The position numbers were made by a program, and so were the translations under genes. This document shows positions 36,113 to 47,584 of a stretch of DNA of 64,000 nt, in pieces (the stretch's first letter is position 1; the number at the start of each line of letters is the position of its first letter). The notes beneath the pieces are model-generated. The model was not told the DNA's origin. It made no database searches and saw nothing but the letters and a program-made list of their open reading frames with translations. Origin of the DNA: Marsupella aquatica (Eukaryota > Plantae > Marchantiophyta); contig OZ316891.1 in NCBI GenBank assembly GCA_973895155.1, positions 20,534,169 to 20,598,168 of the forward strand, written 5' to 3'.

Positions 36113-36697
36113 CTTGGTATGGCTGGTCGGCCTAGAGTGCAGTAAAGCTCTTGTGTGTTCCCATGGACGTAGCCTCATGTGGAGGTGAACCACGTATCTC
36201 TTTGTGTCGACTATTGTGCGTTGGATGGTTCATGGGCTTGCCGTTGCGAATGTCGTCTATGCTCAACAACATTGTCATTCTCTAACCCTGTGCATGAGTC
36301 ATCCTCGGAGTCATCAATCTCTCTTTTGAACAGTCTTAAGTTTATTAATGTCCAATGTGGAGTCACAGTTGCTAGAAGAGTTACCAGAAGACTAGCTTAT
36401 ACAACATCAGACATTGGAAATTTTATTTTAGAGAACATAGAAGCAATAACCCCTCATTGTGTAAGAGACGTAGAGTTTCAATTGTTGGGTGATTTTTCGT
36501 CAAGGTAACCATAAAATATTTGCTGGTCCATTTAGAATATTAAAACCCACAGAAAAGACAGGGGAAGAGGAAACTGTTGTGGAGTCAAAAGCCAAGGTTT
36601 TGTTCACTGTGAAAGTAGACGATATATATCCTATCATTTTGTTTGAGCTACGTGACTGTATCTGTTCAACCTCTCGTGAGTTGTGTGCACATTTAAC

Positions 36698-37946
36698 ATG
36701 GCTTCTTTGAAACGTAAAGCTCGTGCTATCATCCAAGAAGATGTTTCTTTAATGGACAGTGTCATGGAACTCAGTATTATAGTGGGATATCTTGGTGTAG
36801 ATGTGCATAGTGAAGAGTTGAGTCTGATGGACACACTGATACGATTGTTTATTTTGTCTAGTAGCTCTAGAGAGAGGAGAGTTAGAGAGTCATTTGCACA
36901 TGCAAATGGTTGTAAGAGCCAGAATCAAATCTGCCAGGTCGTTTGGTGTCCTTGTTAGGAAATACATGGGTTGGTAGGGTGTGAAGAACATGAATCCTGT
37001 AGGTAAAGTGATGTGCAAATCCTTGAGTAATAGACAATTGCATACATTCAAAGGAATGATAGGTTATTGTTTGAAAGATATGGGTAAAACTCATTTCTTG
37101 CATGCAATGTATAAAATTTCTGATGAAGATGTGATTGCAGGAAAACAACTGCATTCTATTTATGTGCGAGCTGATCTTAAGTCCAGAGTGACTTTGACTA
37201 ACAAAAATGTTGTAGAAAGAATGTATGTTTGGTATAAGTATAGGACAGATAGACCTTTGTATGCCACATTTCTTTATACACTAACTGAAATGATGAAATC
37301 TGGGATTTTTATTCTTGCATCTAGTTGGATAATTCCATTAAATGGACAGGGCATGGAAAAATCCAGAATGACATGTCTTTGTAAATGTATAGTTGACCCA
37401 TGCAATGTGACTAAGGTTGAAATTGAAGAAGTTTTTGTACGAAAACCTAGGACTGGCAGTTGGGGAAGATATCATACTGATTCTGAGATTGCAAATGATG
37501 AAGAAGCTTCACCAAGGAGTACAAAAACAAAACTCTCACCCCAAAAGAGTTGTTTTAAGAGATTGAAGGTGAAAACAGAATCTAATGGAAAATCTGTACA
37601 TTTTGATGATCTGTTTACAGAGTCTGTCATTCCTGGAAAGGGAATAACATTTCAGTATCCCCTTGGTGAATATGTATCTGTGAAAGATAGGCATAGGGTT
37701 CCCAAGAATGATTATATGGAGACAATTAATTTGTTGGAAAAGCCTATTGCAGGGGTGAGGAAAGGGAAACAGAAGGTAAGAGATGTGACAGAGCTGGTAG
37801 AATTGTCCTCTGATGATGAGAAATTAGCTTCAGCTGCTGTGTATGAGGATAGAGGCCAAAGTAGTCAAATGAGAAAGGAAAGAGTCTCTATGTTTGGAAA
37901 ATCACTTTCCAAGGTGAAAAGTGAATCATTTCACAAGATTTCATAA
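36698..37946 (+). pseudogene. Replitron-type HUH (Y1) Rep transposase with a frameshift near 36845 and an in-frame TAG at 36975
   Basis: Motif I-like ELSIIVGYLGVDV; motif II ALERGELESHLHMQMVVR (HLH at 36891-36899); motif III LHTFKGMIGYCLKD (single catalytic Tyr, YxxK). No helicase follows, which matches Replitron rather than Helitron RepHel architecture. Confidence 0.82.
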
Positions 37947-39003
37947 GGTATGTTTGTGTTATTTTTGTATGTGTATAAAATGTTCTATTTTTGTTTTTGA
38001 AATGGCTGGGATGGCGGGAAGGGTGTAGGGGCTAGTGGGTAAGATAGGGGGTTCTTTGCTTGGAAGGCTGCATCTCGCAGTTTGGGGTTCAATTCCCCAT
38101 CAGAGATATTTCTGAGTATATTAAGATACAAAATAATGAATTTGCAAAGGTCACCGAAGTACTCAAAGAAAAAGTTGTAGACATTTGTTTTATTTTCCTT
38201 CCAATGTCGGCAAAAAAAATTCCGGCATTGTTTTTTGGTATTTATGCAGGAAAAAAAATTCCTACATTATTTGGGTTATAGCACAAATTGAATTGTTAAT
38301 TTATTTTATGGCAGTAAAATAAGAAAAGAAACACTAGTGTTTGTTTTTCACATAGAGGGTATGGACTTGACCATATGGCTATTTCTTTTAGAAATACATT
38401 ACTGCAAGAGTGTATTAAAAGTTTAATTTGCTAAAAAAACAATCTAGAACAAAAAACATAACGTGGTTGCTCCATATATTTTTGAAGCTGCTATATGGTG
38501 AATGCACATTTCAGATTTTGTCTTATTCAGATTTTTGTGTCATGTATTTTCATTTCAATCTGCCTTATCAAGGGGCAGCCTTTGTATTCTATACATTTTT
38601 AATTAATTTTTAGACCCCTTTAGTTTTAGGTATTCTAGAGTGTTTTGAACTTATTTTGGCAGCCCCCTTTCACAGTATGTGTTTTCTTAGAGATGAAACC
38701 AAAGGCTCCACCACCACGAGTGAGAGAAATGATGCTGAAGAACATGAATGCATAGCCTCTTAAGTTCTCCTCATGTTTTTCTTTCCTAGGTTTATGGTTT
38801 TTACTGAAAGGAGTGTCATTCATAAGGCACCGTGAGTTATGTGCACACATTGTAGCATTGTTTGACTGTACCTTTTCTTGGTCACCGTGCTTTTCTTGGG
38901 AGACACTTTACTTATATAACAGCACTTCTATGCTCTCATATTTTATTTTATTTCAGATCACTACAAGACAAAAAATAAAGCATGTTCTTGGATGAGCATG
39001 CCA

Positions 39004-39327
39004 TATGACAATAGTGAGAACATTTCCACAAAGCCAGCATGGCCTCTATGACAATGCACTTCTCCAATTAAGACAAAGTGGCTGCAACAACTACATGACT
39101 GTAATGAGAACCCGACCACAACAAGGAGTCTTGCAAGGAGTGTGCACCACACAAGCATTGGGCAAAATGGTCAAATTTGTCAAGTTGGTGGCGCTGCTGG
39201 CTCATGGCTTTTGGAATAGAAAGGCAATATATTGAGAAAAGCTAGTCAATTCATGGAGATCCTGCAAAACATCAGGACGTGCTATTGGATAGGGTATTTT
39301 TTTGAGGTGGCAACTGTTGAGTATTGC
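39004..39327 (+). repeat. ~323-bp direct repeat, copy 2
   Basis: Near-identical to 16708-17030. Its last 13 nt are the start of the solo LTR at 39315. Confidence 0.95.
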
Positions 39328-39604
39328 TCTTAGTCTTGTGATCTCTAGGGCTTACCGTAGTTAGGCTAACTCAAGTTAGGACTTAGCTAAGGTTAGCAAT
39401 GATGCATGTTGTATATAACCAAGGATGCTAGCCCCTGGTGGATCTTCAGTTCATTGTTGGAGTGGAGCAAGAGAGAAGTAAAGATCTCTTGCTTTCCTGT
39501 GGATGTAGCCTTAGTCGTGACCTGAACCACTTACTTGTTGTGTTGACTACTTTGTATGATGTTTACATATACATGGTGTTAAGGGATAAGGTTTATACCC
39601 AACA
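39315..39604 (+). mobile_element. Solo LTR of a copia family related to the 18540 element
   Basis: TGTTG...CCAACA ends; flanks gcaac/acaac (4/5 TSD). Shares tattgctc(t)tagtcttgtga, gttaggctaactc..gttaggacttagcta and gtagcct..tgaaccac with the copia LTRs. Confidence 0.8.
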
Positions 39605-40617
39605 ACAACTATTGGAGATATTCCCATGGAACTAGCTAGGACCAGAGTGGGGCTCTGAGACTCAAAAGCATGGCTCACTAATTGGAAAGTGCTCATTAAT
39701 ATCTATAAAACCATTGTCATGGATGACACCATGAAAGTCATTGTCATGGGTGAGAGTGTACTATGCACAGATTCTCCTTTAATTGAGGGGCTTCACAAGA
39801 ACTTGGAAACCGATCATTTTTAAGTCTGAGATGTAATCCTAGCCATTCAAATGTTAGTGGGAACAAGCCAGGATTCACTTTACATGAACTTGAGGGCAAA
39901 ATCTGGCAAAATTATTACCTATCCTAGTCACATCCTAGTGAGCCCCTTTCTTTAGCTGATGTGTCAGTAAATTTTATCAAAAACTTATTAGGCCATCTCT
40001 TTAGGACCTTGCATTCATTTTTTCTTCAAACGTGTCACATTTTGGCTCGGGCATTTTAATTTAGTTTAGTGTATGCAATAATGGGTGAATTCTTTTAACT
40101 TAGTATAGTGTATGCAATCGACCTCTCGTTTGCAATAATGGGTGAACAGAGACAATTTGTGCCCCCAAATTCTTGTAAAGCCCCTTTATCAGTAAATAAA
40201 GTTTCCGTTTTGACCATGTGATCTCTGACCACAGTACCGTATGCTAAGACCAGCGACGACAGAAGCAGGTACTGTACTCTGTAGCCGTGAAAGGTATCGT
40301 AATAAGTACCGTACGCGCTATTTGCTGAAACGCTAGAGTAGAGATCTGCCGTCTGCGCAGTCAGTTTAGCCGATAATCGGTACCCATAAACCTTAGATAC
40401 CTAACCCCGGCTATATATAAGGGAACAGTCGGAAGTGAGAGTCGGCCACGTCATAAACGGAAGGCCCTATAGAAACGGCGGCAACGAGTTCATTGGAAAA
40501 GCCGCCAGAAGAGACGAGCGAAACCATGCCGCACAAGCAGTCACAGCCATTCTCTGGGGCCAGCTATATGGAGAGGTGGTGAAGTGTTAAGACAGTGCCG
40601 TGCTGAACATTCAAATC

Positions 40618-40898
40618 TTTGTATTTAGCGGATGGCGCGGTATCTGGAGGGTGTCCCGCTAATGACGTCTCTAAAACGACACATCCCTCCGCCCGATTGC
40701 AACGCCACTGTATTGACGTTGTGTCGGGGCAGCGGCAACCTGTACCTGTGATTACGGTCGACGTATCAATTCTCTCGGTTTCCGAAAGAAGGCGAAATGA
40801 ATTCTATTTTATTTCCCAACGATTCCCATTACTGTACATTTGGCTATTCCTAAGTGCACACTCCCAGGAAGCAGCCAAGGCTTTGCACTTACATGAGA
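40618..40898 (+). repeat. Dispersed ~285-bp duplication (partner at 16-300)
   Basis: Colinear shared blocks with window positions 16-300. Confidence 0.85.
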
Positions 40899-41049
40899 TT
40901 TGCATTCAGCGGTAAGACAGTGTAAAATAAATTTCCAGACATGCAGTAGGTAAGTAAGAGGATAATTCTGCTTGCTGCACCTTCAGTTATTCCTCTTCCC
41001 TGTGTCCCATGTCACATTCAATATATTGTCCTCTTCTCGTGCCTTCCCT

Positions 41050-41650
41050 ACATCCCTATCTCATTACTGTAGCAATAATACCTTTCCATAAAAATGGTAT
41101 GCACTTCATCGCAAGACTTCCTTGTAGGATTTTGTGCTCTTACCTGTTAGTGTCCACATGCCCTCATAGAAGTTTATGCACTTACAAAGTGATCAGTTTG
41201 TGGAGCCCTCTTTGCGCTTGCTAGAGAGTGCAAATGTTGGGAGAGAAAGCTCCCTTGGATTGTGCATCCATATCTCATAACTGTAACATTAAGTCTACAA
41301 AAAATAGATGCACTTCTCTGTGGGAGTTCCACACAGGAATTCTTGCTCTTACACATAAGTTTCCCAGTCTCTTTTTGACTTACATATTTGTCATTTCAGA
41401 GCCATAAGTGCAAAACATTGCAAAATGTCGAGGAAACAGAGTTCCTCAGATTGTGCATCCTTATCTCACAACTGTACCATTAACTCTCCATAAGGATGGT
41501 AGGCACTTCTCCACAAGAGTTCCCCATAGGAGTTTGTGCTCTTACCCATAACCGTCCACATACTCTAATAGAGGGCGTGGCCCTTACGTAGTTGAGCCCT
41601 CTTTGCACTTACAAAACTTACAAATTGCTGGGGAGAAAAGGGAAATACAT
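41050..41650 (+). repeat. Diverged ~200-bp tandem repeat (about 3 copies)
   Basis: gattgtgcatcc.tatctca.aactgta.cattaa and tgtgctcttac recur at about 200-bp spacing. Confidence 0.7.
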
Positions 41651-42654
41651 CCACCTTGTAATTATCAAGGGTTCACACTTATAGATTGTGCACTTACGAC
41701 GAAGACGTGACTGTATGGTAAAGCGAAACCGGGGAAGCGGGGATTCTTATTAGTCTGTAGCAAGAGGAGGCGTGACCGCGAGTTGACTGGGAACCTGCTA
41801 GGCATGCGGCGGCGGTGGGCTCTAAGTTGTCGGCCGCTGGTGGGGGACCGGTAACCAACACCGGGGGCACGAGGAGAATAGGGGCAGTAGTTCAGTCTTC
41901 ACTCTTCAGACTTCAGAGGGCCGCGAGGGGCCGCGATTTTCGGCATCGACGGACCGAATTCAAACAGAGCCGTGGAATTGGTCGACCGTCCCTGACGGTA
42001 AGGACTGGGGAGTCTTGGGACACACTACTGTAATCAGAATCACGCCGCAGACTGATACAGTCTAGGAATGGAATTGGGTACACTGGCAAAGGGCGTGGTA
42101 AACGATGTGGGGATTCTGGGCTGCCGTAATAAAGTGACGTCGCAATCGTGAGTCGGTCCCAAAAGGATGGAGCGAAGTCAAGTTTGAAAAAATATAATTC
42201 TGCCGTCTGTCCGGTGCCACCTCGAATTCAAAGCCGGCCCTCGAGTTCGAAACCGGCTCACTAATAAGAGCATCTCCAAAGTTCCTGGGTTTGGTTAGTG
42301 CAAATGCTCAATCTCATAATACCTTTCTGAAATTCTGGGCTTACCCTAGGACCATGAGATTCACGCAGTAACATGGGAGCAACTTTCAAGTATTTTGTCA
42401 CCAAAGTCACTCTAATTGACAATGATGTCACTTTTGTGTTTTGATATGTCATGGTTTCATATATGGACTACAAGCTCACTAGAATGTAATCTCTGTTGGT
42501 AATCACACATCAAAATATGATTATATTCATTGATTGAAAAAAAATTATTTATCATGATATGTAGGGGTGTCGTACAATGTATATGTCATATTTTGATGTG
42601 CAGTTATCGAGACCCGTAATTATATACATTACAAGAGTGGCATATTCATAAGTA

Positions 42655-42975
42655 CACGAGGCCCTATGCCCATGTGCTGCAAGGTGCAAGGAAAGCCGGC
42701 CTTTAGAGAGTCGGTTTGGGGCATTGGGGGGCAACATTGGGAAGCACATATGCGCCAGGCCAATGTCTTCCATCAATGATCAAAAGAAACTACCAAATGA
42801 TGGTGTCTTTTTGGGCCCCCTTTTGTATGTTGACTATTTAAATGAAATTTATTTGGTTTTTTAAGACAAAGAAAAAATAGTCAAACTAATCCAAGGGCTG
42901 TGGATCTTTTTTGCCCATGAGCTTTTTTTGTACTGGGGACAACGGATGGAAAAATACGGGATCCCTTATTATAGT
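42655..42975 (-). mobile_element. Short dispersed repeat, Helitron-like non-autonomous element (copy 2)
   Basis: Shares gccctatgccc, gcaaggaa, gggaagcacatatg, ggatcttt..tgcccatgagcttttt and gggatccctta with 13398-13630. Confidence 0.5.
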
Positions 42976-45900
42976 TGTAAATTTTTATTTTTTTTCAATA
43001 GTTGTACATTAGAAACACTGGCAGAGTTGTAAATTTGAACATCGTTATTGACAATGTCCTTCAAATCTGTAGCTAATCATTCTTGACATTCTATACAGCC
43101 ACGGTTGCCTTTCAACCTCAAGACCTTGCACACAAGAGAAAAGAACTGGAAATTCTGCCTCCATGTCATGAAGACATCCTACCATTGACGGAGACTCTAA
43201 CAATAGGTAACGTACAGCCATATTCATGGTAAAGGATACCGTCACATAAGTTCTGTGACCTATTCTTTTACTTTCAGGTGCATAGGATCCACGAAGGACA
43301 TAACGTTCATGTGATCCATCCATCCAAGCATCCATTATTTTCCTGGGATCAAAGCTATATAGGAGCCATTATAGTCTCCAATACCCCAGGTAGTTCCAAC
43401 ATATTACAACCAAGCATAAATGGAAGAGCAAGGGTGTGGTTTACGTGATTAGAGAGGATTCAAGAGGAGTTCCGAGATGAGTTGGGCTGCAATTTCCATA
43501 AGCAAACCAGCTGCCTGCTAAACAGCCAGGGGCCATTTTGAATGGGCATTGGCCAGCTAGTAAGTTGTCGTATATCTTGCTACTTGAGTAAAAATTCACT
43601 TTGACTTTCCCAGGGTAACACTTTGCCATTAGCATTTTACTCTATTTGCAAATTCTAGCTAACCATGACTTTCCACATAATAATAGCCAGTCTAGATCAA
43701 GATATGCACTTATGGTTATTTGCAAACTCTACTTAAGCATGATCTTCTGCAAAAATTTGACATTCTTGTGTTACTGTCATCCTTATTTGATCCCATGAAA
43801 ATCTCTAGGTTTCCAGGACCCTTTAATCTCCTCCGAGATAGATCATAGTATTTGAATGTCTGGAGCATCTTTACACCAAGCACACTCATGTGTTTGCCTT
43901 GGGACTGAGAGGGAATCCATCCAACCTTGAATATTATCATTGCAGTATTGTGGGGTAGCCCACAGGAGGAATTACGCAGGAGATCTGCTAACAAGAAGGA
44001 GAGCGGATTAAGGGGGAAGGCTTCTAAACAAGGACCTAGGGGATAATCAGAACTCCTACCACTACACAGGATAGAGTCTCTTTCAAGCTCTCCTTCTGCA
44101 AACCAACCGTTCTTTGGTCTTGTCTGTGCTCCCCCTTCCATTTTATGCTATGACCCTAAATTAATCTAACTACAGTAGTCAGCCTGGGTACCCCTACATT
44201 TGGGCAGAAAAGGCTCTCTGTAGTGCACCCAGACTCCACATGCCCCCCACAGGTGTAATCCAAATTTTAAAAAAAATCTGTTACTATAGAAACTAGTGCC
44301 TTGGGTTTCAGTCAATGGAGTAGGTACTGAAGGGTAGACTTAGGTTGTGAATTATAGCATAGTATTTGTGTATCTTTCCAGACCCAAAGAAAAACTCCCA
44401 CCACCAGACCACCCACCCACACAGGCACATGCACACAATCATACCCTCCAGAACTCCAATTCAAGCACGTGTATGCTTGGCGTTCAAAGGTAGAGGAGAC
44501 TTAGTCATCTCAAACAAGATAATAGACAGTACATGAATAGTTGCATTTCTGGCGCACAATTATTCTCACGTTTACGCATGGAGTTCTTGTGTTGATGAGT
44601 GCAATGGTCCAATGGAGCTGTGGAAGCATACGATGCTGGTTGTCCTCCACTGTTGTCAATTGGAGCACAACTACTGTACAACACTACAGTGGTCTAGTTG
44701 TTTAAGGGATAAAACACAAAACACGAGAAAACTGTCGAAAAGTGACTAGAAATTGTTGTGCAAATGTCAACAAATTAGATACTGGCAAACTGCTGACTTG
44801 CATGCTGAGGAGAGTGATTTCTGCACCCGTCCAGAAGTCTGTCTGTTGGTGACAGAGATCGCGCCTTTATGAGGGCCTTCTGTCACGGATTTGGGGACGA
44901 CAGAGCTGCCAAGTGCCAAGTACCAAGTCCTTTAAGAAAATAATTATTGAAAATCAAAACCAACTGAACTCAAGCAAACCAACAATTCAACAAACCAACA
45001 GACCCAACAAACCCAACAAACTGACTGGTAATTAGAATGCTGCTTAGGTCATTGATTCGCGGATCCTGCTATCTCCAGTATGCCTTCTGATGTTGTTGAA
45101 CTGCAGCAGAGGACAGGAAAAGAAAAGAAAGACTAAACAAAGTGAGGTAGTTTGACATAATAAAATACACTACCCCACCTGAGGCAGTGGCATCATTTTC
45201 CTTGCTGGTACATTAATAAACTCTGGTGCTGTTGCTCCTAAATGAATAATATAATGTGTTGTCTAACAGAATGCCCTCTGTCACACACTATTGTTGATAA
45301 GAAATGATGTTCAGTGACAGTGTTGTGGAGCATAAGTGAGATGACCAGGCACTTGGACTATGTAGGGAGTCTAGGAGTCAATGTGGCAACTCAATTTCAA
45401 GGAGAGTGACTGGTTGGGCATGGACAAGGTGCACAATGACACAGTTATGTCCATCTCATAATTAGGAAAAAGAATCTCTACACTTGAATAGCCAGGATAG
45501 AATCTTGCCAGAATGATTGTGAGAAAGAAAGAACAGGATTGGATATTATAGTGCTTAGATCGTTTTTGCTACATTGTCATGAAAGATGGGAAAGAAGCTC
45601 TCATGGCTGTCACTATTGTCATCATGCTCTTATGGACAATCAAAACCCCCATAGTGTGAAGAAACACTAAAAATATTTGAATAACATACTCTTGGGGGTT
45701 TCATTTTTGCAAAAACAGCACATCAAGTGTGACAAAGCATAAGGTCATTTTATTGATTCTAAGAGGAGATTTTCAATTTGTTGTAAAAGAACATTAGGGT
45801 ATTTTGAGTCCAATTTTGAGACTTATAAGAAAGGATAGAGACTTTTTAATATTCTTGGAATATTTCAAATTAATATGCATAAAAAATTACTATAAACCTT

Positions 45901-47258
45901 TTTGTTCTTGAGGTTAAGGGTGTCCAAGCCTTCACAAGGTGGCACATGATGGGGAGGCTCCATAAAGTGAGACCCATGAGAACATACTTTACAAATCTAC
46001 CCATACAAATGACCTTTAATTGGATGTCATCCAATATCCCCAGTACTCTGTTTATACACTCCGTTTTGTGTGAACTGTAAGTATATTCCATCCAAAATCT
46101 TAACCAGGTAAGTTTAGTAATATGCGCTTGATTCCAATTGACACTGGATTTTCAGTTTAATAAGCTTTGTCTCTGTTGCAGGTTATTGTGTCCTCATATA
46201 TGCTAGGTTTTGGGGGTTTGCATTTGCCCACTTCTTTTGATTTCCTTTGTTTATCCTTCTTTAGACCTCTTTCCCTTTTATCCATTGTACTTTGTTTGGC
46301 ACTCTTTAGTAACTTAGTCCTTTCTCGCTTCCTAGCTCACTAGGCAAGAGGCTATCCTTACTGTAAGATGAATGGAAACTTGAAAGGCTTTTTACATCCA
46401 GAAGAAGCCAGTTCAGTTGAGTTGCAGCAGCCTTACATGATCCATACCAATTGCCAGGGAAGTCTTAGCATTACTTTCCAAAATTGATTGATGTTACAAG
46501 AGCCATGAGCTCAGATGTGATAACCAAGTGAGGAAGCAAACTGGAAAGAAAACTCCTTTCAAGACCAAAAAGAAGCAAGAATGCAAGGATTTGTTTTGGT
46601 TGAATCTGAGGCTTTGTTAAACATCCCTCCTGTCAGTCATATCTATGTGCACTTGATGATTTGTTTTGGTTGAAATCCCAGGCTTCTTAAACATCGCTCC
46701 ACCTAAATATATGTGCAGTTGGTGCAGGATAAGTTGTCCAAAAATCCCAAAAATAAACATAGGGGCAGATAGACAAGCTGAGGAAGGAGGAGGAGGAGAC
46801 ACCCCCCTGCACAAACTGGCAGGCTCTCTTTGCTTAAAAGATGCACAGTCTGTAGATCACAAGACATTTTGCCTTGAAACAACCCATGAGTGGACAACTA
46901 CCTTTAGAGCTTGCAACACTACAATAGGTTACAGGGCTTTCTCAAGAGATATGCTTAGTAGACCCCTTCTGGAAAAATTTTGCTTAATCAACCCCCTCCA
47001 TACTTTTCCCCAATCTGGATCGTTGATGGTCCTTTCGATCTCAAATCTGGACCGTTGATAGACCTCAGGGGGTCGATCAAGTAACAAGTTTCATTTTGGG
47101 GGTCGATCAAGCAAATACCTTGGGCTTTCTCTTTCCATGGCCAGATAGTAAACAGAAGGACTATCCATTGGTCAGTAGATGATGACCATAGATCTTTTGA
47201 GCATGCAACATTACAGAAGATTACAGGACTCTCTCTTTCAATGAGATATAGACTGGGA

Positions 47259-47584
47259 ACCAATTGGCTTAGGTCAATTGGCTAGGGGATTTGCCTGGAA
47301 CTGAGAGGTCCCAGGTTCAATCCCCCTCCACACACTGGGGTGTGGAGGGTATATGTGTGTGGGTGGGATGGGTTTGGTGGGTAGTGGATTGGAGTTCTGA
47401 TTATCTGCTCAGCCCCTGGTCGTCCACTTTGTGGCCCTGATTTAATCCTCTCTCCTTCCTGGTGCGGGTCCCTGTCGGATCCGTTGGGGCTCACCCCGGT
47501 CTGGGTTCCCTACAGAAAAACTGTCACATTGGGATGGGGGGAGTCTAATTGTATTTCCTCCCCATTTCCGTTCAAGACAAAAAA
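47259..47584 (+). mobile_element. tRNA-derived SINE
   Basis: 15-bp TSD AGATATAGACTGGGA (47244-47258 and 47585-47599); A-box-like TGGCTTAGGTCAATTGG; B box GGTTCAATCCC (47314-47324); short A tail. Confidence 0.85.

Larger units (their letters stand above)
18540..36268 (+). mobile_element. Ty1/copia LTR retrotransposon, internally deleted and carrying two nested insertions
   Basis: TGTTAG...CTCAACA ends with 5-bp TSD ACATT (18535-18539 and 36269-36273). The 5' LTR (18540-~18795) matches the 3' LTR (31210-31402 plus 36118-36268). A PPT-like aaggggagtt lies just before 31210. RT and RNaseH lie in between. Confidence 0.93.
17031..39003 (+). mobile_element. Probable full extent of the Replitron element (about 4.2 kb of its own sequence once the copia nest is removed)
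   Basis: The tandem-repeat unit interrupted at 18539 continues after 36273 and leads into the Rep ORF. The segment is bounded by the 16708-17030 / 39004-39327 direct repeat. Exact termini are inferred. Confidence 0.55.

Noticed and set aside
43045-44141. Cluster of minus-strand ORFs that look like a decayed gene
   Set aside because: No motif could be recognised and no consistent splice model was found. A tBLASTx search would be needed.
47259-47330. tRNA gene
   Set aside because: It has pol III boxes but no convincing cloverleaf or T-run terminator. The TSD and A tail show it is a SINE head.
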